12,311 nt of DNA from Paraspadella gotoi. Taxonomy: Eukaryota; Animalia; Chaetognatha. The position numbers and the translations under genes were made by a program. Numbering within the stretch: the first letter of the stretch is position 1; each line of letters begins with the position of its first letter. Location of the stretch: assembly GCA_051294375.1 (NCBI GenBank), contig JBJCIZ010000445.1, positions 1 to 12,311 on the forward strand, in the 5' to 3' direction. The notes beneath the pieces were generated by a model. That model was not told the DNA's origin. It saw only the letters and a program-made list of their open reading frames with translations, and ran no database searches. Below, piece after piece: positions 1-9,337 of the stretch.

Positions 1-859
1 AGAGAGAGATCAAACGAGTTATTAATTATTTAGATTCTCCAAACTAATGAGGAAAATTATGCAGGTTCTAAACTTTAGTTTAGTTAAAATGGAAAATCGC
101 ATTACTACTAAATTTACAATAAATTCTTTGGAAAATGACATTCAGAAGACGCTTCTGACGTCATAAGTTGCTGATATCTCTCCAACGGAATAACGGTGAC
201 AACCCCACTCAATCAGAAATTGACTCCTATGGACATCTTAAAGGGATCAAAGTAAGAAAAATAGTTTCAAGATATTGATTTAATTAATAGGCACAGATCA
301 ACATCCAATCCTTCATGCCGTCCTCCGACGCGATCCGGCGCGGTGGCAATTTCCCCTATTGCTTTCCAAACTAAAATGGGGATGGGCAATCGCCGTCCCA
401 CATGTCGTGACGTCCAAACGAAGGAGTCATCGAAGCCAATTGCATTGCCGCTGACAACAACAGAACAATTGAACAGGTAAATGCTTCTTTAGTCATGATT
501 TCAAATGACAAATCCAATTCGAAAAAGATGGTTTTTCCCGTAATGATCAAAAAAGTAATTAAAATGTTAATGAATAATTCAATTTATTGACGAAAATAGT
601 CAAAAGTTGAGCTGCACTTGGAAAGAAAAGCCAGAGCCGAGGCCGCGATGAAGTTTGAATCTGCCTCCAGTTCTCAGATGGCGCACCGACGCCTAAAAAG
701 ACTATCCGACCAAAAGCTGGAAAAAGACCCTGAAAAGTGAAAAATCTGTATTTGAGCAAGGTTAAATAAATGGATTAAATGATGGGTCTGCAAACGGTGA
801 TTGAAAATTCCAGATGAAGAATTGAAAGGACGACCATTTGATCAGCCATTGATATTTTG

Positions 860-1510
860 TTCCTAAAGTTGAGAGCCAGGCAAAGAAGAGTATGTCACGT
901 ACGCCAAAAAAGCTGAGTTCAAAAGGAATTTCATTAAATTCTGCACTTCTCCAGGTCCCGAACTTAGCTAAATAATCTTTGCAGGTTGTTCACACGAATT
1001 TCGTAAAGAATCCTATAGTTTTAATGCAGATATTAAAGAATTTACCAACCAGATTCGCATCGACGAGAAAGATCGCGACGCTCCAAACGATTTTGGGGTT
1101 TTGGAAAGACGAAAAAAATGGATGAATTAATAATGGTAAGAAATGAAATATTAATGTTTTTGGAAACGAGCCCCCTCAAGGTGCTATTGCTAATTTTGCT
1201 CTTACAATATACGCTAAATTAAATAAGCCTTTTTATAATTTAGAAACATTGAAACTATTTTTAAGAAATGTTATATGTAGACGATATGGACGAAAAAGTT
1301 TTCTTTAAATGTTCCTTTGGCTAGCGATTAACAGATCAGGTTGACGAACTCCTTTTGAAAGGTGATTCCGTTTGTCAAATGGAAGACCAAACAGCAGAGA
1401 ATTGGCATCTACAATCGGAGAAGCAAGCGCAGCTGTTCGACCAGATGAAGAGATTTGCTGAAAGCGGCGAATCGTTACCGACCGAACCTTGGAGTCCGCC
1501 TTTGATCTTG
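860..1510 (+). pseudogene. Reverse transcriptase domain (disrupted); boundaries approximate
   Basis: SLNSALL-GPNL, ADIKEF-QIRI, catalytic YVDD at 1274-1285, and a KG(G)FRLSKW-like segment at ~1358-1390. Confidence 0.85.
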
Positions 1511-1564
1511 GTATGATTGTTTTAAATTCTTAAGTAGGGAATTTAAAAAGGGGGGAAAGAATAT

Positions 1565-2350
1565 TAAAACAAGACGTCAAGTTTTATCCCTCACTGCCTG
1601 CTTATATTGATCCACTAGCGAATTTCGCAGCCCCTTTTTTTTCATAGCAAAAAAGTATTAACAGAAATATTGCGTCTCAAGCTAATGATTGGGATGAACC
1701 AATCCCGCCGAACAACTTCTCCCCTTCCTTGAGTGCACACATACGCCTCTTGGAGATTGAAAACCTTTTCCCATCCCCCCCACTGGAAAGTTCGTCAAAA
1801 CTAGGAGAAATATAGGTCAATTGAACTTCATCTTTTCTCAGATGCTTCACAAGACGGATACGGCGCCGTCGCTTATTACGTTTGGTAGATATTTTTGACA
1901 AAATTCATGTTCAATATTATTAGCAAAATCACGAGTTGCTGCCTATACAAAAAACCCCCCGTTTTTAACAAGTTTTTTTTTTGGGTTGTTCTAAGAGACG
2001 CATCCCACGCTTAGAATTAACCGCTGCAGTAATATCAACCGAAATATTTAAATTTTAAATGCAAAGAAAGTGAACAAGAGTTTTAATCAAGTTTAATTTT
2101 GATTGATCGATGTGGTATTAAAACAAATAAGAAATAATGTTAAACAAACAGTACGTTTTAAGGCTTTCTTTGCAAACAGATTGGGCAAAAATCCATGACA
2201 GTTTCGCTCGCGTCGCAGTGGCATTACGTTCCTACAGATCAAAAATCCCGCCGATATTTGTTCGCAGAGGCATCCTCGCGGAAACTCAGACCTTGGTCCT
2301 TTTTCCATCAAGGTCCGCGCCTTTCTTTGGCAAATGCCCGCCAAATGGGC
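1565..2350 (+). pseudogene. Connection/RNase H region typical of BEL/Pao (disrupted); boundaries approximate
   Basis: TRRQVLSL, DPL, WDEP, FSDAS..GYGAVAY, AKSRVA, IPRLEL, FFANRLG, WHYVPT..NPAD..SRG, HQGP. Confidence 0.88.
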
Positions 2351-2724
2351 CCGACAGGTGACGGAGATTCAATGTAATCAATGAGAAATTAAAGTAGAGA
2401 TTAAATGTATTAAAAACTAGTAAACCTAACTGAAGAACGATTTTTAAAGAAAGCTATCACTAACTTATCTCAATGGTCAAAACTTGTTTTAGAATAATTA
2501 TTTTATCAAAAATTCTTACGCTATTTTGGCTAACCTAAAAAATAAAAACGCGACAAAGCAAAAAATTTAGCACGAATACAGAAGACAAATTTAGCAGAAA
2601 AAGCAATTATAAAATTAAATACAAAGTGAAGCCTTTGAAAATGAATTAAAATTTTCTTAAGAATCATAAGCATCGTGACCCTAAGATTCGACAAGAATTA
2701 CGCTCTAAGTTTCCCCATTCGAGA

Positions 2725-3965
2725 TTTAGATCCGTTCATACGACGACGACAGGCATTCTCCGTGTCGGAGGTAGACTACACGAGCAAATGAGCGTTACGA
2801 CTCGAGCCATCCCCGCGATCCTCCAGCGAAGTCACCTCAGGTAGAAATGCTTATTAAGAATTACTGCATATAAATGAAGCACACTGCCGGAGCAGAACAA
2901 GGGTTCAATGCTCAATAAGACAAAATAATTGATCTTATCTGGACGTCAAAACCACGAAGAAAATTATCGAAAATTGTGTGTCTTGTCACGTCGTCATAAT
3001 ACGCAGCCAGAGAAAGCAGAAGATGGCGCCACTTCCCTGCAAAGAAGATTGAAGCCCAGTTTACCCATTTGAAGCTTCAGGCGTTGACCTTTGTGTCCTT
3101 TTAATGTTAAGATATATCGTAAGACGGCAAAAAGATGGATTGCGTTATTTACTTGGCCTCGGATTGAGAGCTGTTCATTTGGAAAGTTGGTAAAAAGATC
3201 ATTTCTACATCATGTTTTTATAAATGCTCTCTTCAGATTCCAGGCACGCCGTCCAGGTTACGCATCCTTTATAGCGATAATGGTACGAATTTTAAAGGCG
3301 CAGATAAAGAGCTTAAAGCTAGCACTCAACCACATAAAGACTTACAAAAGAACTACGGAAGAAAAGGATTGGAAGGCGATTCAACCCTCCCAGGAATCAC
3401 TTCATTGGGGAAGGCTCATGGGACGCCTAATCCGCACGGTCAAAGAAGAAATCTTCACGTTCTATGATTAAAAGGGAAGTCACTGAATGAAATATTTGAA
3501 ACCATGATTACTATGACAGAAGCATATTAATCGACGCCCTCTTACCACGTTTCCAATGACCCTCGTCGATCCCCGTCCTCTTACCCCTGAAATGAATCCT
3601 TTCCCTGGTTGTCACAATCGCGCTTCGGACCTCCGCTGTTCCCCAAATTGTGAAGAAAACGTTCGTACAGCTTTGAAGCAGTCTTATAGCCTTGCTAACT
3701 GCTTTGGAAAAGATGGCGAACCGAATACATACGACGCTTCAACAAGCGGCACAAGTCGGACGTCATCTTCAGCGAAATCTACAAGTTGACGGACGTTGTT
3801 CTCCTTGTTGATGACTTGGCCTCCGCGAGATACAAATGGTCGCTCGGGTATTATTCACTGGGCCGTGCATTCCGACGGAACCCATGTTCGTCGCGTTACA
3901 GTCCGTACCGCTAACGGAAAATTGTTTGATCGCGATAGAACCAAAAGTAGTTCCTGCTTGAAATA
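2725..3965 (+). pseudogene. Integrase (zinc-binding region, catalytic core, BEL-type C-terminal domain), disrupted
   Basis: LRVGGRL, CVSC, MAPLP, GVDL, KRWIALFT, AVHLE, FINALFRFQARR, SDNGTNFKGA, HWG-GSW-RLIRTVK, NRRPL, PLTP, FWKRW..EY, DVVLLVDD, KWSLG. The provided ORFs 3091-3471 and 3556-3789 are in-frame fragments of it. Confidence 0.9.
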
Positions 3966-4227
3966 ACAAATCCGACAAATGAAGACTGTGAAGAATTATC
4001 CAGGAGAAGTAAATTTTGTGAAATTGTCGTTTAAATGTTTTAATTGTAAATACTTGTAAAAATTATTGCACATTTTTATTTTAACTTTTATTTCCGAAGC
4101 TTTGTTTTTAATGAAACGTTTTTTGTACCGATCATTCTACTGTTCCTAATTGTTTTAGGAATCGAAATTTGAATCCGCTGTCCCCAAACTTGCTTTTAAA
4201 CAAAAATCCATAATGTTGCACTTGCAA

Positions 4228-4239
4228 CAGCCGGGGGTA
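4228..4239 (+). other. Polypurine tract (plus-strand primer) of the retrotransposon
   Basis: cagccGGGGGta lies immediately before TGTTAG, about 220 bp after the end of pol. A short G-run just before TGT is typical of BEL/Pao. Confidence 0.7.
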
Positions 4240-4760
4240 TGTTAGAGATAATTTAAATATTTTATAAATGGTTTAACTGTGGTCCGTTCGAATCGAGGAA
4301 ACGAACCTATATTAGAGTCAGAATCATGATTAATAATTCGCTGCTTTCCTATTGGTTTAAAAGTTTCCTTATTTTTCCCAACCTCAATTCTACCTTAAGC
4401 TTCTTATTGTCAAAATTAGTAATTTTAAGAGATTTAAACTTATTGAAACTAAGGTTTTTCTTGATTATATGATGCAACCAGGAGGTAATATTTTTGTTGA
4501 ATTATGAAAGTTATTTGTGAAATTAATACTAGCTTAAATTCTCTTTAGATTTAAGCGTTTGTCCTCGCTTTATTCACGTTTGTCCTTGCCTATTTCACGT
4601 TTTGTCTTTGATGTTTATCTATATACGGCTTAATAATCGGTCAAAATTGGAATCGCCGTCTTTATTACTAAATTGGAATTATAAGTTGGACCTGCTTAAA
4701 CCCTGTATAGCGTTTGTTTTATGAGAGAAAAACCCGCAAAAGATACCATCAAATTCTACA
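4240..4760 (+). repeat. 3' LTR (~521 bp) of the BEL/Pao element
   Basis: Starts TGTTAGA right after the PPT. The proposed end TTCTACA (4754-4760) is a one-base-deleted inverse of the start, and composition switches to T-rich low complexity just after it. The 5' LTR is not in the window, so the right end is unconfirmed. Confidence 0.65.
4556..4610 (+). repeat. 21-bp tandem repeat, ~2.6 copies, inside the LTR
   Basis: cgtttgtcctcgctttattca / cgtttgtccttgcctatttca / cgttttgtctttg. Confidence 0.8.
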
Positions 4761-5280
4761 TTCTATATTTTGTTTTCCTCTTTCTTCCTTTTTGATTTCC
4801 TCTTTTTCTTTTCTCTACTTCTTTCTCTTCTCATTATTTTTTGTAGTTTTAGTTTTCTTAAAACGCTTGGTTTTCTGTTGTTAGTCTTCTAAACTATGAC
4901 CAATGTCATTGACCTAAATTAATAAATATGAATTTTAATTAATTGATAGACTGGTTTTGATTTATACGATTGGATCAAAATATTTATTGATTTAATAATA
5001 ATATTTTTCAGTTTAATTAATAAAAGTAATATTATATTATTCTTTTTTTTAATATGTCTTTTGGTAAGATTCTTTTCCTTCTATTATTAATTTTATTTTT
5101 TAAAAATAATTTGTTTTAATTTGGTTTTTTATTCATTTTCTTTCATTCCATTCGGTTTATATTCATTTGCTTCTTTGTTAAAATTTTTAAAGAGGGAGAA
5201 AAAGAGTTTAGGTATAAAATGTAAATAAGAGGGATTCTATTTTATTTTTAGCTAAATTGTAATATATATTAGTTGCAATG

Positions 5281-5561
5281 AAAGGGCAAAAAAATGAAAA
5301 AGGATAAGCAAAGGGCCGTAAAAGGAGAAAAAAGAAAAGGGGAAAGAAAAAGGGAAAAGTGAGAAAGAAAAAGAAAGGAACAGGAAAGGAGATAAATAAA
5401 GGGGAAGAGGAAGAATAAGAGAGTAGAGATGTAGCGATAGAAAAAAGAAAGAAAACAAACAAAGCAAAAAAGCAGGAAAAAAGTGGAGAAGAGAGAGGTT
5501 GGGGTAAACAAACGGAATGAGTGAAAAGGGAGAGGAGAATAAAGAGAGCAACAGAAAAAGT
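5281..5561. repeat. Purine-rich (A/G) low-complexity tract
   Basis: Strongly A/G-biased on the + strand. This explains the three overlapping F/L/S-rich minus-strand ORFs. Confidence 0.85.
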
Positions 5562-5629
5562 AAATAGTTTTTTTTTTTTTAAATTTAAGAATTTCATACC
5601 AAAAAATGAAAAACAATCACATTTGAAAA

Positions 5630-5738
5630 TTAACCATTTAAAAACCGTTAAAATAAATATATTAACGGTTAAGTTAAAATTATTTTTAAACTTTTAACCG
5701 TTAATAACCGTTAACAGTTAACGGTTATCGGAGCACTA
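5630..5738 (-). mobile_element. Probable terminus of a hAT-type DNA transposon (TIR plus subterminal repeats)
   Basis: The minus strand starts TAGTGCTCCGATAACCGTTAAC, which fits the hAT (T/C)A(A/G)NG terminal consensus. There are five AACCGTTAA copies in both orientations (5643+, 5662-, 5696+, 5706+, 5718-). I found no partner end in the window. Confidence 0.55.
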
Positions 5739-5980
5739 ATCAAAAGGCAGCAGCAGAAGCAGCAGGAGAAAAGAGAGAAAAAGAATAAGCCCCTGCAGAG
5801 CCAGCTGCTGATATTTTCTCCATTCGAGATCATCGATCATTGTAAATGTTTAAATAATGTAGATTACAAAAAAAATCTGATAGAACGAAGCGGTTTTTGC
5901 ACCAGTAGCGCAGAAAATATTACAAAATTATGGATGTCACAGATAATTTCTGAAATTACTGTTTTGGGCTATCCAACGCC

Positions 5981-6289
5981 GCCGGAACAAAGAAAATCCA
6001 CGAAATAGAAAAAATACGGAATTTTCTGTTTCGTGACTCCTTTTTAATAAATTTGGTACCCTCAAGTTTCTTAGTTTGAAATTCAGTTGACGCGTTGAAA
6101 AGTAATGGCCAAAAAACGAACAATTAATTCATTTATAAATTCTTTTGATTTACCATTAAATTATCGGTTTTTAATTTTTATGATCTTAAATAAACATATT
6201 AAGAAATATCTATCCCGCGACATCTGTTAGTTTGTAAACGCATACTCCATATTTATATTATGATACTAATGAATTTTCTTTGTTCCGGC
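5981..6289. mobile_element. MITE-like non-autonomous element, 309 bp
   Basis: Perfect 17-bp inverted repeats GCCGGAACAAAGAAAAT (5981-5997) and ATTTTCTTTGTTCCGGC (6273-6289), 19/20 when extended inward, around an AT-rich non-coding interior. TSD unclear. Confidence 0.7.
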
Positions 6290-7047
6290 AACAAAGTGTA
6301 CCTACAACGTAGTTTCATTAGCCAATCTTTATTTTTGTTTTTTTGAAAGGCATGTTTAGAAAAAATAATATTAAACATAAATGACAACAATGGGTACAGT
6401 CTCAAAAGCATATGCCGCCTTATCTGAACACTGGTCATGGTTGCCGAATGTGAACTTTTTCAATTTATTGTGTTGTACTTTTAACTTTTTATTAGTGTAC
6501 TAATTTTTATTCAATTTCTTAAGATAATTTCAAAAGATCTGGACCTCCCGCATAATATTTAGCCTAAAAACCTCGTCATAGGCTTGAATAAAATATCTAT
6601 GTTTTTGCTTTTAAATAAACCTAAGTGTTAATTAATATGATGACAAATAAGCAAGATAGTAGGGGGTTCAAAGTTTAAACCACATGTGTCGATTTTAAAA
6701 CTATCTCTCATTATAAAACTCACTCTTTATATATATATTTTTTTTTCTTCATCTTTCACTAAGCTTTAAAAAAAATTGAATAAAATAATATCAATAATAC
6801 TATCTTCTAAAAGCCCCTGCAAATATGAAAAGAATGATGTAAGAAGAAAATGCCGGAATCAAATGTAAATAAATGTAATAAATGCTAGGATAAGCGAGAT
6901 CAAATCATGAAAATCAAAATCAAAATCGGTAGGAAGGAATCATTAAAATCGTAGAGGAATCTTCAGCTAAAAAAGTAGTAGAAACTTTGTAAGAAAACAG
7001 TTTGCGGTCCATGAAATGTGATCCAAGTGAATCTGAATCTGTCTTGT

Positions 7048-7806
7048 NNNNNNNNNNNNNNNNNNNNNNNNNNNNNNNNNNNNNNNNNNNNNNNNNNNNN
7101 NNNNNNNNNNNNNNNNNNNNNNNNNNNNNNNNNNNNNNNNNNNNNNNNNNNNNNNNNNNNNNNNNNNNNNNNNNNNNNNNNNNNNNNNNNNNNNNNNNNN
7201 NNNNNNNNNNNNNNNNNNNNNNNNNNNNNNNNNNNNNNNNNNNNNNNNNNNNNNNNNNNNNNNNNNNNNNNNNNNNNNNNNNNNNNNNNNNNNNNNNNNN
7301 NNNNNNNNNNNNNNNNNNNNNNNNNNNNNNNNNNNNNNNNNNNNNNNNNNNNNNNNNNNNNNNNNNNNNNNNNNNNNNNNNNNNNNNNNNNNNNNNNNNN
7401 NNNNNNNNNNNNNNNNNNNNNNNNNNNNNNNNNNNNNNNNNNNNNNNNNNNNNNNNNNNNNNNNNNNNNNNNNNNNNNNNNNNNNNNNNNNNNNNNNNNN
7501 NNNNNNNNNNNNNNNNNNNNNNNNNNNNNNNNNNNNNNNNNNNNNNNNNNNNNNNNNNNNNNNNNNNNNNNNNNNNNNNNNNNNNNNNNNNNNNNNNNNN
7601 NNNNNNNNNNNNNNNNNNNNNNNNNNNNNNNNNNNNNNNNNNNNNNNNNNNNNNNNNNNNNNNNNNNNNNNNNNNNNNNNNNNNNNNNNNNNNNNNNNNN
7701 NNNNNNNNNNNNNNNNNNNNNNNNNNNNNNNNNNNNNNNNNNNNNNNNNNNNNNNNNNNNNNNNNNNNNNNNNNNNNNNNNNNNNNNNNNNNNNNNNNNN
7801 NNNNNN
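7048..7806. other. Assembly gap (759 N)
   Basis: Run of N. ORFs spanning it are artefacts. Confidence 1.
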
Positions 7807-8810
7807 GTTCCTACCAAACTACCTGATCGAATTTCATGAAATTTTAAATTTAGTTTTAATGACGATATAAATGGAACAATTGAGGCGAATTTTAATATTC
7901 AACTCCTGACAAGAGATACAGGGCCCTGGGGGTAGACCCCTGGGGGGCCAAAAAAACCTAAAATTTCGTTTTTATTTTTTGAGATTTTTTAGTGGCATCA
8001 GGTGCATTGACATTTTAAACATATAAAAAACATTTTAAAACTAAAATTGAAAAATTTTCAATAATTAAGCATAGTTTGAAGATGCATGGTTCATCATTTT
8101 ACTTCCAATTTTTCTAAATTATTCCAAAACTGACTTGAACTGCTGATGTTCATGAAGCTGAAAATTAAGATAAACTAATATTTCTGTGGTAATAAATACG
8201 TTTTTGTGGAAAAGTAAACGTCTATGAAACTGTTCAAAACAAAAATAATGAAAAAATTTAAAAAAAAAATTGACCATTTATTGCTCCTAAAGTAGGGGTA
8301 GCCCCACTCAATGGGGTGCGACAAAAATTTGGAATGGTGACATGCTCAAATGAAAATTTATACATTTTTAAGTATACTTTCAATGGACAAAAATTTCTTA
8401 TATGGCTTTATACCAAAATAATATTTTTTTTTAATATTTATTTATAGATAGGAAAGGCCAAATTTTTTTTTTAATATTTAAATTTTAAGACCAGAATCAG
8501 AAAGCTCATAAAAAGTTGTCTACACAAAGTATTATTCTTTTTTAAATATTTTCATGATAAGCAAGTCAAAAATAAGAAAAACTATGAAAAATCGTCATCA
8601 TCATTATATTTCCATGATTTTATCAGTTTTTTTATATTTTCACTTAAAAAACGTAGGAATTTTTAAAAGCTGTAATTATATTTCATGTTTAACTTTTTAT
8701 GCTCTATCAGAATCCATCAAAAAAATTTAGGATTTAAAAAAAAAAATTTTATAATGCGAAAAAATATAAGTAATATTTAATGTATTAATCAAGACGTATA
8801 ATGTAAATTT
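7807..8810. repeat. AT-rich DNA resembling a non-autonomous transposon-derived repeat, family unassigned
   Basis: GGGGTAG(A)CCCC palindromic motif at 7929-7940 and 8295-8305, CATAAAAAGTT/AACTTTTTATG inverted pair (~8507 and ~8691), and TTTCATGAAATTTTA (7832-7846) repeated at 10507-10521. Confidence 0.35.
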
Positions 8811-9337
8811 TTTGTGAAAATGATTGTGTTACAAAATAACTATCTTTTATATTACGAAGAAATCCAAGCTTCTCCACCTTCTCCCGATGCTCTTTTGTTC
8901 TTTTTTACTGACATCGAAAATGCCTCCGTTTTAACGATCGCAGCGACATCTTTAGGCTCTTTCTTTTGTTTATACTTAAGTACAGATTTCCGAAGGCAGT
9001 GTACAGCTGATTCTAATTGGTGCCCGTGATTTCAATATATTTCGTTTTGATTTTAATCGAATTATACCCACGTGGCATCTTCAGATCTCAAAGTTGTCAC
9101 TGGGTTTTTAGTTCTCTTTCAGAGCAATAGAAACTTTTTATTAGATATCTTAATCTCATTTTTTGTATGATCGCTGGTTTGGTGCACTTTTCTATGAGAG
9201 AAGCATCTCTATTTTTGTTTATTATTGGCTTCAGAAACAAGTAAGAAAAGACACTTTAAACTTAACATATATTGCTGAGTTTGTACTGAATGTTTAGTTA
9301 TTCCTTTGCCCAGGACTTCTAACACACAACAGCACAG

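Larger units (their letters stand above)
1..4012 (+). pseudogene. pol: Frameshifted pol polyprotein (protease end, RT, RNase H, integrase) of the BEL/Pao element; ends approximate
   Basis: Motifs by position: IGTD (~285-297), SPIAFQTKMG(W) (~351-385), ISLNSALL/GP(N)L (~929-965), NADIKEF..QIRIDEKDRDA (~1023-1082), YVDD (1274-1285), WDEPIP (~1690), ELHLFSDASQDGYGAVAY (1823-1876), LAKSRVA (~1920), IPRLELTAAV (2002-2031), QWHYVPTDQ/NPADICS/RG (~2216-2271), GILRVGGRL (2752-2778), CVSC (2975-2986), QKMAPLP (~3017), KRWIALFT, RAVHLE, YSDNGTNFKGA (3270-3302), RLIRTVK, NRRPLT, FWKRWRTEYIRR, DGTHVRRVTVRTANG (~3875-3920). No long ORF. Confidence 0.92.
1..4760 (+). mobile_element. BEL/Pao-superfamily LTR retrotransposon; 5' LTR, gag and start of protease lie upstream of the window
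   Basis: Manual translation across frameshifts gives BEL/Pao-type motifs in PR-RT-RH-IN order, followed by a G-rich PPT and a TG...CA LTR. There is no room for env between the pol end (~4010) and the PPT. Confidence 0.93.

Noticed and set aside
1946-2001. Long homopolymer-rich, partly palindromic linker between AKSRVA and IPRLEL
   Set aside because: No TSD or clean inverted repeat. More simply a variable linker inflated by homopolymer errors.
559-3978. Short minus-strand ORFs (559-759, 1677-1901, 2093-2344, 3769-3978)
   Set aside because: Antisense shadows of the + strand pol, with no independent motifs.
4013-4227. Possible env-like ORF in the BEL element
   Set aside because: Only ~215 bp of AT-rich, stop-rich sequence lies between pol and the PPT.
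5208-5616. Three overlapping hydrophobic minus-strand ORFs (99-129 aa) that look like membrane proteins
   Set aside because: All three frames are open only because the T/C-rich strand lacks stop codons. Low-complexity artefact.
4556-5728. CRISPR-like reading of the short repeats
   Set aside because: No regular repeat-spacer period, no cas genes, and a eukaryotic TE context.
5745-5975. Possible hAT C-terminal dimerisation-domain remnant
   Set aside because: Only vague similarity. The diagnostic W and SERxFS motifs cannot be recovered, and it lies outside the proposed hAT terminus.
6963-7839. Three ~280-aa ORFs
   Set aside because: Almost entirely N gap.
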